Of a stretch of DNA of 64,000 bases, positions 1 to 7,444 are shown piece by piece (positions within the stretch are counted from its first letter, which is position 1; each line of letters starts with the position of its first letter). Made by a program: the position numbers and the translations under genes. Source of the DNA: Anaerolineales bacterium (GTDB taxonomy: Bacteria; Chloroflexota; Anaerolineae; Anaerolineales; UBA4823); assembly GCA_027494035.1 (NCBI GenBank), contig JAOSJQ010000001.1, positions 3,040,796-3,104,795 of the forward strand, written 5' to 3'. The notes below the pieces were generated by a model that ran no database searches, was not told the origin of the DNA, and saw only the letters and a program-made list of their open reading frames with translations.

Positions 1-1318
1 CGATCGTTTTGGCTGAACCAAGCAGGATCGCGCGCACGGCGTCGGCTTCGGTGACGAGTTCGCATTCGCAGATCAATTTCCCATAGCTTTGATCTTGCTC
101 GACCTCTGCCAGGCGGTGACCGGCGGTTAATGAGGAGTGAACCGAGCGCGCTTTGGGCGCGCCGCCCGGTGCATCCGGGAGGACCTCTAGGTGGGTGCGG
201 CAGGAGCGGGGCGAACGCAGTTTCTGGCAGACCAGGTCGACTGTTGCCTCCGCCATTTTGCGATAGGTAGTCCATTTTCCGCCAGTGATGGTGATCATCC
301 CTGGCGTTTGATCTCTTTGTTCGTGATCGAGCAGAACGAAGGCGCGCGTGACATCGCGGGTGTCGTCCACCGAGGCGTCTTGATACAGCGGGCGGACGCC
401 CGCCCAGGCGCGCAGCACGCGCATCTGCTTGAACCCGGGCACGAGCTTTTCGCCCTCGTCGAGCATCAACTCCACTTCCCAGGGTTCGATCGCAAAATGG
501 TCAGGGTCTGCGACCTTGACGTCGGTCGTGCCGATGACCGCGACAGTGTGGGCTGGCACCAGGATATCGCCGTCCGAGGGGAATTTACAGCGGTTGATCA
601 CCGTGTTGACAATGCGATGGTTGAGCGCCAGCATCGTGCCTTTGCCGGGGATCACGGGCGCTTCCAGACCCGCCAGGCGGGCGATTTTTCCCGCCCAGGC
701 GCCGCAGGCGTTGACCACAATCTCCGCTCGGATTTCAACCGTCTCGGCGCCAACCAGGTCCTCGCACAGCGCGCCGACGATCCGGTCGTCCGCGCGCAGC
801 AGGGCGGCGACTTTGTGATAGTTCAATATCCGCGCGCCGTGCTCCTGCGCAGAGACGGCGTTGAGTTCGGCTGCCAGGAATGAATCCGCCGAACCGTCGG
901 GGACGCGGAAACAGCGCGCGATGCGCGGGTTCAGCAGCGGTTCCTCGCGCAGCATCTGGGCGATGCTGAGTTCCTCCACGGGTATGCCGACAGTCCGGCA
1001 GCCTGCCAGGAATTGGGGCGCATAGTCCGGGTCGTCGTGTTCGGTCAGGACGAAAAATCCGCCCGTGTCCTCGATGCACTGCGGCATGATCTGGCGCAGG
1101 ATGCGGTTCTCGGCGATGCATTCTCGGGCGGCTTGCGGATCGCGGACGACGTAGCGCCCGCCGCTGTGCAGCAAGCCGTGGTAGCGCCCGGTCGTGCCGC
1201 GGGTAAGATCGCCTTTTTCGACCAGCACGGCTTTGAACCCGCGCATTGCGAGGTCGCGGACGACGCCGGTTCCGGTGGCGCCGCCGCCGATCACTAATGC
1301 TTCAGTTTCGATTATCAT
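1..1318 (-). CDS. glpA: anaerobic glycerol-3-phosphate dehydrogenase subunit A (FAD); 3' end cut by left window edge
   Basis: Absent from the ORF track because it runs off the edge. Hand translation of the minus strand from ATG 1318 gives MIIETEALVIGGGATGTGVVRDL (GxGxxG), RGTTGRYHGLLHSGGRY, KGTMLALNHRIVNTVINRCKFPSDGDILVP, ITITGGKWTTYRKMAE and LICECELVTEADA. These parallel E. coli GlpA as I remember it. The + strand ORFs 191..883, 429..818 and 1013..1297 are antisense shadows. Confidence 0.85.
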   Translation of the reverse strand, partial: MIIETEALVIGGGATGTGVVRDLAMRGFKAVLVEKGDLTRGTTGRYHGLLHSGGRYVVRDPQAARECIAENRILRQIMPQCIEDTGGFFVLTEHDDPDYAPQFLAGCRTVGIPVEELSIAQMLREEPLLNPRIARCFRVPDGSADSFLAAELNAVSAQEHGARILNYHKVAALLRADDRIVGALCEDLVGAETVEIRAEIVVNACGAWAGKIARLAGLEAPVIPGKGTMLALNHRIVNTVINRCKFPSDGDILVPAHTVAVIGTTDVKVADPDHFAIEPWEVELMLDEGEKLVPGFKQMRVLRAWAGVRPLYQDASVDDTRDVTRAFVLLDHEQRDQTPGMITITGGKWTTYRKMAEATVDLVCQKLRSPRSCRTHLEVLPDAPGGAPKARSVHSSLTAGHRLAEVEQDQSYGKLICECELVTEADAVRAILLGSAKTI

Positions 1319-1359
1319 GCACGGTTTCCAGGTTGTGACGCGAAACCAATTTTACCGTT

Positions 1360-2871
1360 TTATTCGACCCAATCCAGCGTGCGTTGGACCGCCTTTTTCC
1401 ATTCGCGGAACAGACGGGCGCGTTCGCGCTGGTCCATTTGGGGCTGCCAGGTTTTATCGATCTGCCAGTTGGCGCGCAGGTCTTTCGGCTCGCTCCAGTA
1501 GCCGACTGCCAGACCGGCAGCGTAAGCCGCCCCGAGGGCGGTGGTCTCGGTGACCCGCGGGCGCAGGACGGGTACATTGAGGATATCGGATTGAAACTGC
1601 ATCAGCAGGTCGTTGTTGACCATCCCGCCGTCCACCTTTAGGGCGCTCAATTCCACGCCTGAATCGGCTTTCATCGCGTCCAAGACTTCGCGGGTCTGAA
1701 AGGCGGTGGCTTCGAGAGCCGCGCGGGCGATATGACCCTTGTTGATATAGCGCGTCATCCCGACGATTGCGCCGCGCGCGTCCGATCTCCAGTAGGGCGC
1801 AAACAGCCCCGAAAACGCCGGTACGAAATATATTCCACCATTGTCTGCGACGGTTTTAGCAAGCTCCTCGACCTCGGAGGAGTGCTGGATCAATCCCAGG
1901 TTGTCGCGCAGCCACTGCACCAATGCGCCGGTGATGGCGATCGACCCTTCGAGCGCATAATTCGCCGGGCTGGCGCCGAATTTGTAGCCCAGCGTCGTGA
2001 GCAGCCCGCTTTTCGACGGGACGATTTTCATGCCGGTGTTCAGTAGCATAAAGCAGCCCGTTCCATAGGTGTTCTTGGCTTCACCCGGGCTGAAACAGGT
2101 CTGCCCGACCAGCGCCGCCTGCTGATCCCCCAGATCGCCGCAGACCGGGATCTCGGCGCCGAAGGGACCGCTGCGCACGGAATGCCCCCAGGTGTCCGGG
2201 TCGCTGGACGGTACGATGCGCGGCAGCAGCGCGCGCGGCAATTGCAGCGCGGCGGTCATTTCAGCATCCCATTCCAGGGTTTCGAGGTTCATCAACAGTG
2301 TGCGGCTGGCGTTGCTCACATCCGTGACATGCGCGCCGCCGTCGGAGCCGCCGGTGAGCCACCAGATCAGCCAGGTATCAATGGTACCGAAGAGCGCGTG
2401 ACCCGCTTCGGCAGCCTGGCGGACGCCGGGGATGTTCTCCAGAATCCAGAGCGCTTTGGGACCGGAAAAATAGGTTGCGATCGGCAAGCCGGTGATGCGG
2501 CGGAAGCGGTCCTGCCCGCCCGCGGCTGCCAGCCGGTCGCAGATTTCTTTTGTGCGCGTGTCTTGCCACACGATCGCGTTGTAGTAGGGCTTACCGGTGC
2601 GCTTATCCCAAATCAGCGTGGTCTCGCGTTGATTGGTTACCCCAATTGAAACGATCGCGGCCGGGTTCACCTGAGAGGCTGCAAGCACGTCGCGGATCAC
2701 TTGCTGCGTATTCTCCCAAATCTCCAGCGGATCGTGCTCAACCCAACCGGGCTGGGGATAGATTTGGCGGTGCTCTTTCTGGGCGATGCCGGCGACTGCG
2801 CCGGAATGGGTGAACAGCATGCAGCGCGTGCTGGTCGTGCCCTGGTCGATGGAGGCAACGAACGCGTTCAT
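1360..2871 (-). CDS. glpK: glycerol kinase
   Basis: 503 aa. FGGY kinase signatures: [14 protein letters not shown] at the N-terminus, [13 protein letters not shown], and length typical of GlpK. Lies directly downstream of glpA. Confidence 0.95.
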   Translation of the reverse strand: MNAFVASIDQGTTSTRCMLFTHSGAVAGIAQKEHRQIYPQPGWVEHDPLEIWENTQQVIRDVLAASQVNPAAIVSIGVTNQRETTLIWDKRTGKPYYNAIVWQDTRTKEICDRLAAAGGQDRFRRITGLPIATYFSGPKALWILENIPGVRQAAEAGHALFGTIDTWLIWWLTGGSDGGAHVTDVSNASRTLLMNLETLEWDAEMTAALQLPRALLPRIVPSSDPDTWGHSVRSGPFGAEIPVCGDLGDQQAALVGQTCFSPGEAKNTYGTGCFMLLNTGMKIVPSKSGLLTTLGYKFGASPANYALEGSIAITGALVQWLRDNLGLIQHSSEVEELAKTVADNGGIYFVPAFSGLFAPYWRSDARGAIVGMTRYINKGHIARAALEATAFQTREVLDAMKADSGVELSALKVDGGMVNNDLLMQFQSDILNVPVLRPRVTETTALGAAYAAGLAVGYWSEPKDLRANWQIDKTWQPQMDQRERARLFREWKKAVQRTLDWVE

Positions 2872-2921
2872 TTAGCCGACTCCTGAAGTGGGGTGGTTGG
2901 TTTAGCTATTATAAATTACAG

Positions 2922-3677
2922 TTATGCGCCGCTCAACGTGCGTTTCAGGAAGGCGAGGGTGATTTCATTCACTTGAGCCCGCTCCTGGTCGAGGATCACA
3001 CAATGCGTGGAGCGTTCCATCCAGTGGATTTCCACGACGGGCGACCTAACGTGCGCACGGATCATTTCCGGGGCGTCTGGATGGACGGTTTGATCCAGTT
3101 TCCCCTGGACGATCAGAAGCGGCTGACTGATCTGCTCCAGCCGGGGTTGGACGTAATTTTGGAGCTGCAACAACTGGATCACGCCGCGCAGCGGGTTCAC
3201 GCGGTACCCCTGCCACAGTTCGCTGCCTTCGTCCAGGTTGGGTTTGGGGAGCCAGGGGATGAATGGCGCGGCGAGGCGGATGCGCAGCGCGTCGAACGGG
3301 CGCATGTTCAAGCGCATAGCGGGCGCATACAAGAGCAGGGCGGCGATTTCAGGACGACGGACAGCCAATTCCAAAGCCAGTAAAGCGCCAGTCGATTCCC
3401 CGCCGGCAATAACGGTGGAGCAAACGGAAGCTAACCGGGTATAGGTTTCTTCGGTTTGGGCAGCCCAATCCTGCCAGCGCACCGCATTGAGATCCGCGGG
3501 CTGCGTGTAGTGACCAGGCAGCAGCGGCGCGGCGACGGTGTAGCCTGCGTCGTGCAGAAAAGCCGCTAGCGGACGGACCTCGGTGGCGGTCGCGGTCAAT
3601 CCATGAACAAGCAGGACGCCAATGGGTCCTGCTTGCCAGAAAAACGGGTCGCCTTGCAGATGCGGATTAAGGATCAT
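2922..3677 (-). CDS. alpha/beta-fold hydrolase (carboxylesterase / monoacylglycerol-lipase-like)
   Basis: 251 aa. LLVHGLTAT oxyanion region, GESTGA nucleophile elbow (GxSxG), and a C-terminal His region (ERSTHCV). Confidence 0.75.
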   Translation of the reverse strand: MILNPHLQGDPFFWQAGPIGVLLVHGLTATATEVRPLAAFLHDAGYTVAAPLLPGHYTQPADLNAVRWQDWAAQTEETYTRLASVCSTVIAGGESTGALLALELAVRRPEIAALLLYAPAMRLNMRPFDALRIRLAAPFIPWLPKPNLDEGSELWQGYRVNPLRGVIQLLQLQNYVQPRLEQISQPLLIVQGKLDQTVHPDAPEMIRAHVRSPVVEIHWMERSTHCVILDQERAQVNEITLAFLKRTLSGA

Positions 3678-3682
3678 CTATA

Positions 3683-5002
3683 TCAATGGGTGATGCGCGG
3701 ACCTACCCAAACCGCGGCGTTCTCGTCCGACTTGTTGTTGGCGCGCACTCTAAAGATGAAAGACACATATTGACCATTCAAGCCCAGGCTGCTCAGGTTG
3801 AGATCGATGTTAATCAGCGAGCCGGTGTAGGTTTTATCGAAAACTACGGAATCCTCGGAGACGCGGGTGTTCGGGGGCGCGATTACACGGTACACCAGTT
3901 CGAACGTGACATCGCACTTGTTCGCTCCGCTGCGGCAGCCGATCTGGGATACAAAGTGATCTCCGCTGAAGACGAGCATCGCCGGGAAGATCCCCTGGGT
4001 AATCCCGCCAGGCGCCCGCGGCGGGTTGGTCCATATGCCTCTGAAGCCAACGATCTGACCCGATTCCATGTTGGGGTTGTTCACCTGACGGACAAAACCT
4101 ACCGGAGCGCCGGTTTTTCCGTCGCAGCGGAGGTTGGTGACCAGATTTTTTTCTATGCGGATGGTGTTGCGAACCACACGCGCGTTGCTCTGATATTCGG
4201 CGTTGCAGATCTGGGCGGCGAAATCGTAAACCACGTTGGGCGGCGAATTGGAAACGTTCACGTTAACGCGGAACGGCTTCGAGCCATTGTCGCCAAAGTT
4301 TTCCTTGCCCGCGGTGAAGATCCATTCGCCGGTGAAGTTGCCCTCGGCGCTGGGGGTCAGCAGATTCACTGCCAGGTCGATCGTTTTTCCAGGCTGGACG
4401 CGCCCCGGCAAATTAATTGGGCTGCCGAAGAGCGGATCATGCTTGCCCACCGGGCGGAAGACAATTTTGGAATCCCAGGTGCAGGAGCCAGTGTTTTGGA
4501 CGCGCCAGACTTTCACAAAGCTGCGGTTGGTGGGCAGAAACTGCCCATTCGGGATCGTGACGTGCCGCACCAGGCGCGCTGCCAGGCAGGGCACAACGGC
4601 GCCACCGCCGCCGCCTCCTCCGCCGCCGCCCCCACCGCCGCCGCCCCCGCCGCCCGGAATCCAGGGTGTTACGCTTGGAATAAGGGTCGCGGTGTGGGTC
4701 GGCTCAGGCGTGTTGGTTGGGATTGCCGTCAGCATGGGGACCGGGGTGCTGGAGGCGGTCGGGGTGTTTGTGATGGTTGGCGTTTCAGATGGGATCGGAG
4801 TGTCGGTAGGCGGCGCCGGGGAGCTCGTCGGCGTTGCGGAAAGCGCCGCGACGGTTCGCATTACGACGAGGGTGCGTTCTGCCAGGGTCTCGGCAGCCCC
4901 GGGCGCGCTCGGGACGGACGGCGCGGTTGAGATTCCACAAGCAATGACTGCCAGCAGGGTGATTGCCGAGATCAGCGCCAGACGAGTGTTTTGTGTGTTC
5001 AT
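3683..5002 (-). CDS. secreted lipoprotein: PT-rich linker, poly-Gly tract, NBR1-FW (N_BRCA1_IG-like) domain and an unknown ~200-aa C-terminal domain
   Basis: Signal peptide with lipobox (LLAVIAC), T/P-rich linker and an 18-Gly run. The FW-like core follows: CLAARLVRHVTIPNGQFLPTNRSFVKVWRVQNTGSCTWD...GKTIDLAVNLLTPSAEGNFTGEWIF. It matches the human NBR1 FW pattern (F..D...G..L.PG..F.K.WR..N.G...W). Confidence 0.8.
   Translation of the reverse strand: MNTQNTRLALISAITLLAVIACGISTAPSVPSAPGAAETLAERTLVVMRTVAALSATPTSSPAPPTDTPIPSETPTITNTPTASSTPVPMLTAIPTNTPEPTHTATLIPSVTPWIPGGGGGGGGGGGGGGGGGGAVVPCLAARLVRHVTIPNGQFLPTNRSFVKVWRVQNTGSCTWDSKIVFRPVGKHDPLFGSPINLPGRVQPGKTIDLAVNLLTPSAEGNFTGEWIFTAGKENFGDNGSKPFRVNVNVSNSPPNVVYDFAAQICNAEYQSNARVVRNTIRIEKNLVTNLRCDGKTGAPVGFVRQVNNPNMESGQIVGFRGIWTNPPRAPGGITQGIFPAMLVFSGDHFVSQIGCRSGANKCDVTFELVYRVIAPPNTRVSEDSVVFDKTYTGSLINIDLNLSSLGLNGQYVSFIFRVRANNKSDENAAVWVGPRITH
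4601..4654 (-). repeat. GCC/GCC-like triplet tract (18 consecutive Gly codons on the coding strand)
   Basis: The + strand reads gcc acc gcc gcc gcc tcc tcc gcc gcc gcc ccc acc gcc gcc gcc ccc gcc gcc. It is in frame with the 3683..5002 ORF (reverse complement GGN x18). Confidence 0.9.
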
Positions 5003-5043
5003 GGATCCTCCAGCCCTCTTGTTCGTTACACCTTTAGTATAGA

Positions 5044-5078
5044 CAAAAATCTTCCCAACTGCAAGGGGTAGTTGGGAA
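5044..5078 (-). terminator. intrinsic terminator downstream of the 5143..5838 gene
   Basis: 8-bp stem tcccaact (5053-5060) / agttggga (5070-5077). On the minus strand it is followed by AGATTTTTGT. Confidence 0.6.
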
Positions 5079-5142
5079 AATTTTTGTAAAAATTTTTAAG
5101 TTTGTAAAACCGATTTCACGAATCGTCTTTTTGGCACTGTGC

Positions 5143-5838
5143 TCAGCCGGGGGTCGGTTTTGGCGTGGGTTTGATTTGGATCACCACTGAGAGAGGCTGC
5201 GCGCCATCAACGCCAAGCCCGAATAAGTTGCCTGCGGGATCGCTCAGCACCCAGTAGCCGGTCGAACTCGTTATCCCGCTGGGGGCGACCAAGTCGAGCC
5301 GGATTTCCACGGTTTCGCCCGGGTTAACCGGGTGGGGCAGTTGGATCTGGGCGGGTCCGTTCATTTCATCGCCGGAGTAGAAACGCAGCGAATAGGCTTC
5401 GCTCCAGACACAGCCGCTGGTGTTCTTAACCAGCCAGATCTTCGCAAACGGCTGTCCTGCCTGGAGAGCGGTGTTGTCGGAAATGGACAGGTGGCGGACA
5501 AATTCGGCTGAGTTGGCGCAGGCTGGCGCGGCGGTCGCCTCCGGGGATTGCGCGGTTTCCGCGGAATTGTTCACCGGCGTGTGGGTGGGAGGCAGATTTA
5601 CATGAACGGTAGGCGCAGGAGGCTGAGTAGGTGCGGGGGTGGGCGTGAAATTCACCGCTGGCAGGTCCAGCCTGAGCATGCGCACAACGATCGGAGTGGC
5701 GATCATTTGCGCGGAAGCCGAATTTGAAGCGCTGGGACTTCCTGTCGAAGCGCAACCTGCCAGGATAACCGCGCTCAGCGCCCAAGCCAGGCGCAGGATG
5801 TTTTTTTGGATCATATTCTCGCTCGCTGACTGGCGCAA
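5143..5838 (-). CDS. secreted lipoprotein with NBR1-FW domain (paralog 2)
   Basis: Lipobox AVILAGCAST and a P/T-rich linker, then CANSAEFVRHLSISDNTALQAGQPFAKIWLVKNTSGCVWSEAYSLRF...VNPGETVEIRLDLVAPSGITSSTGYWVLSDPAGNLFG. The true start may be the internal Met (MIQKNIL, about 5814). Confidence 0.85.
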   Translation of the reverse strand: MRQSASENMIQKNILRLAWALSAVILAGCASTGSPSASNSASAQMIATPIVVRMLRLDLPAVNFTPTPAPTQPPAPTVHVNLPPTHTPVNNSAETAQSPEATAAPACANSAEFVRHLSISDNTALQAGQPFAKIWLVKNTSGCVWSEAYSLRFYSGDEMNGPAQIQLPHPVNPGETVEIRLDLVAPSGITSSTGYWVLSDPAGNLFGLGVDGAQPLSVVIQIKPTPKPTPG

Positions 5839-5858
5839 CGCGCCAGAAGGTTGGCTTA

Positions 5859-6494
5859 TCAGCCGCAGGAGAGGGTCTCCAGCAGGCGCTTATTAAACTT
5901 GAGCGGTTCGACCACAACAACGGCTGAAAAAGGTTGGTCGGCTGCCGCGCCGGCGCCAAACGTATTTCCAGCGGGATCTTTTAGCATCCAGTAACTGGAA
6001 TAGGTATTGGGCTCCATGGGCGTGACCATCGTCACTTGAACGTCGACCGTCTCGCCGGGTTTTACCTCGTGAGTCAGCATGGTCTCGGAAACAGAGCTGA
6101 AATTGTCGCCGTTGTTGAAGACAAACGCGTAATCGGTGGTCCAGGTGCACGTCCCGATATTTTTGATGCGCCAGACTTTGGCAAAATAAACCCCGGGCAG
6201 CAGTTGGGTGTTATCCGACACGGACAGGTGGCGCACAAACTCTGCCTGGTTGGTGCACGCCTGAATGGTCGGGCTGGGCGGAACCGGGGAGGCAGGCACT
6301 TCAGTTGCCGGCGGTTTTTGCGTGCTGGTCGGCGTAGGGGTGGGGACGCTCGTGTTGGTGGGTAAGGGCGTATGGGTCGGCAAAGCTGGGGAACTGGTTG
6401 CCGTGAATTGAAGCGCAGCCGGGTTAGTTTGCTTCGGGGAGGCGCAAGACGCAAGTAAAATCAGACACACCAATAAGAGTGTAACTCGTTTCAT
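5859..6494 (-). CDS. secreted lipoprotein with NBR1-FW domain (paralog 3)
   Basis: Track ORF 5859..6593 trimmed to ATG 6494 (MKRVTLLLVCLILLASCASP), which is preceded by AAGGA. Core: CTNQAEFVRHLSVSDNTQLLPGVYFAKVWRIKNIGTCTWTTDYAFVF...VKPGETVDVQVTMVTPMEPNTYSSYWMLKDPAGNTFG. Confidence 0.85.
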   Translation of the reverse strand: MKRVTLLLVCLILLASCASPKQTNPAALQFTATSSPALPTHTPLPTNTSVPTPTPTSTQKPPATEVPASPVPPSPTIQACTNQAEFVRHLSVSDNTQLLPGVYFAKVWRIKNIGTCTWTTDYAFVFNNGDNFSSVSETMLTHEVKPGETVDVQVTMVTPMEPNTYSSYWMLKDPAGNTFGAGAAADQPFSAVVVVEPLKFNKRLLETLSCG

Positions 6495-6555
6495 AACCTT
6501 ATCCTTCTTTACCAGTTTTAGTCGCCGGCGATCCACGCCAGCCAGGTTATTTCTT

Positions 6556-7296
6556 TCAACCCCCGCCGCCGCAGATGCCAAAGACCTGCCCAAGCCCGTC
6601 GAGGCCTTGCAGGCGCCCTACGGCGACCGCCACCCAGATGAAGTTATTGGGCCCGGAGCTGGTCCCGAACTGTTCCCCCTCTTCGTTCTCGAACATCCAG
6701 TTTCCCTGATAAACGCCTTTAACGGTTGGCGCAACCAGGTCGACCGAGATGTTGACCATCTCGCCCGGCGGCACTTCGAGACCGATCGGTTTTGGCGAGA
6801 GACCGCCCATGCGATCGCCAAAGGTGAACACGAGCGTGTAATTCGGCGTCCAGACGCAGGTCCCGCTGTTGAGCATCCGCCAGACTTTGGTGAACCGCTG
6901 ACCCGGTTTCACTTCGGTCAAATCCGGGAAGGATATATCGGCGACGAACTGCGCTTTGTTCTTGCAGAGGTCGGCGTACTCATAAGAATCAAGGCTGCGA
7001 TCGAGGGGCGTCAACGACGGCGCCGGCGTTGCGCTGGGGTACGGCTGTGGCTGCTCAATTGAATTGCTGAGATGGACTTCATCAAAAACGGCAACCAGCT
7101 CGGGCTCGGGCGACGGCGTTGCGGTTGCAAAATAACTCACGCCTTGCTGGGCAACCAGCGTGCGCACGGCGAGGGTATGTGCCAGACCGGGGACTTCAGA
7201 TGGCTGCGGGCGGCTGGAGCAGGCGCTGGATAATACCACTAAGACGATTGCGGTGACGATAAGTCTGGATCTCGTGATCATGCTATTCTTCCTCAA
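6556..7296 (-). CDS. secreted (lipo)protein with NBR1-FW domain (paralog 4)
   Basis: Signal anchor IVTAIVLVVLSSACSS. Core: CKNKAQFVADISFPDLTEVKPGQRFTKVWRMLNSGTCVWTPNYTLVF...VPPGEMVNISVDLVAPTVKGVYQGNWMFENEEGEQFG. Confidence 0.85.
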   Translation of the reverse strand: MRKNSMITRSRLIVTAIVLVVLSSACSSRPQPSEVPGLAHTLAVRTLVAQQGVSYFATATPSPEPELVAVFDEVHLSNSIEQPQPYPSATPAPSLTPLDRSLDSYEYADLCKNKAQFVADISFPDLTEVKPGQRFTKVWRMLNSGTCVWTPNYTLVFTFGDRMGGLSPKPIGLEVPPGEMVNISVDLVAPTVKGVYQGNWMFENEEGEQFGTSSGPNNFIWVAVAVGRLQGLDGLGQVFGICGGGG

Positions 7297-7377
7297 AACT
7301 GCCTTGAGCGGTGAGCCGGTAATTGCAAGTGATTTATCTTTCCGAGATCAAAGTTGAGTATATCAGATAATTTGCAA

Positions 7378-7417
7378 TTAAAACAGGTATCCATTTTACA
7401 AAGGATACCTGTTTTAT
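7378..7417 (-). terminator. intrinsic terminator after fdhA (hairpin looks terminator-like on both strands)
   Basis: 11-bp perfect stem aacaggtatcc (7382-7392) / ggatacctgtt (7403-7413). The minus strand continues TTTTAATTG and the plus strand continues TTATCCGTTTTT. Confidence 0.6.
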
Positions 7418-7444
7418 CCGTTTTTACCGGTTGAAATTGTAAGC

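Noticed and set aside
191-1297. Plus-strand ORFs 191..883, 429..818 and 1013..1297, and minus-frame ORF 735..1121.
   Set aside because: They all overlap the minus-strand reading frame that I hand-translated as a clear GlpA homolog running off the window edge. High-GC DNA generates long spurious antisense ORFs.
4236-5042. A 268-aa plus-strand ORF containing a ~20-residue poly-proline run.
   Set aside because: It is the antisense shadow of the poly-Gly tract in the well-supported minus-strand lipoprotein gene 3683..5002. It has no domain logic or start context of its own.
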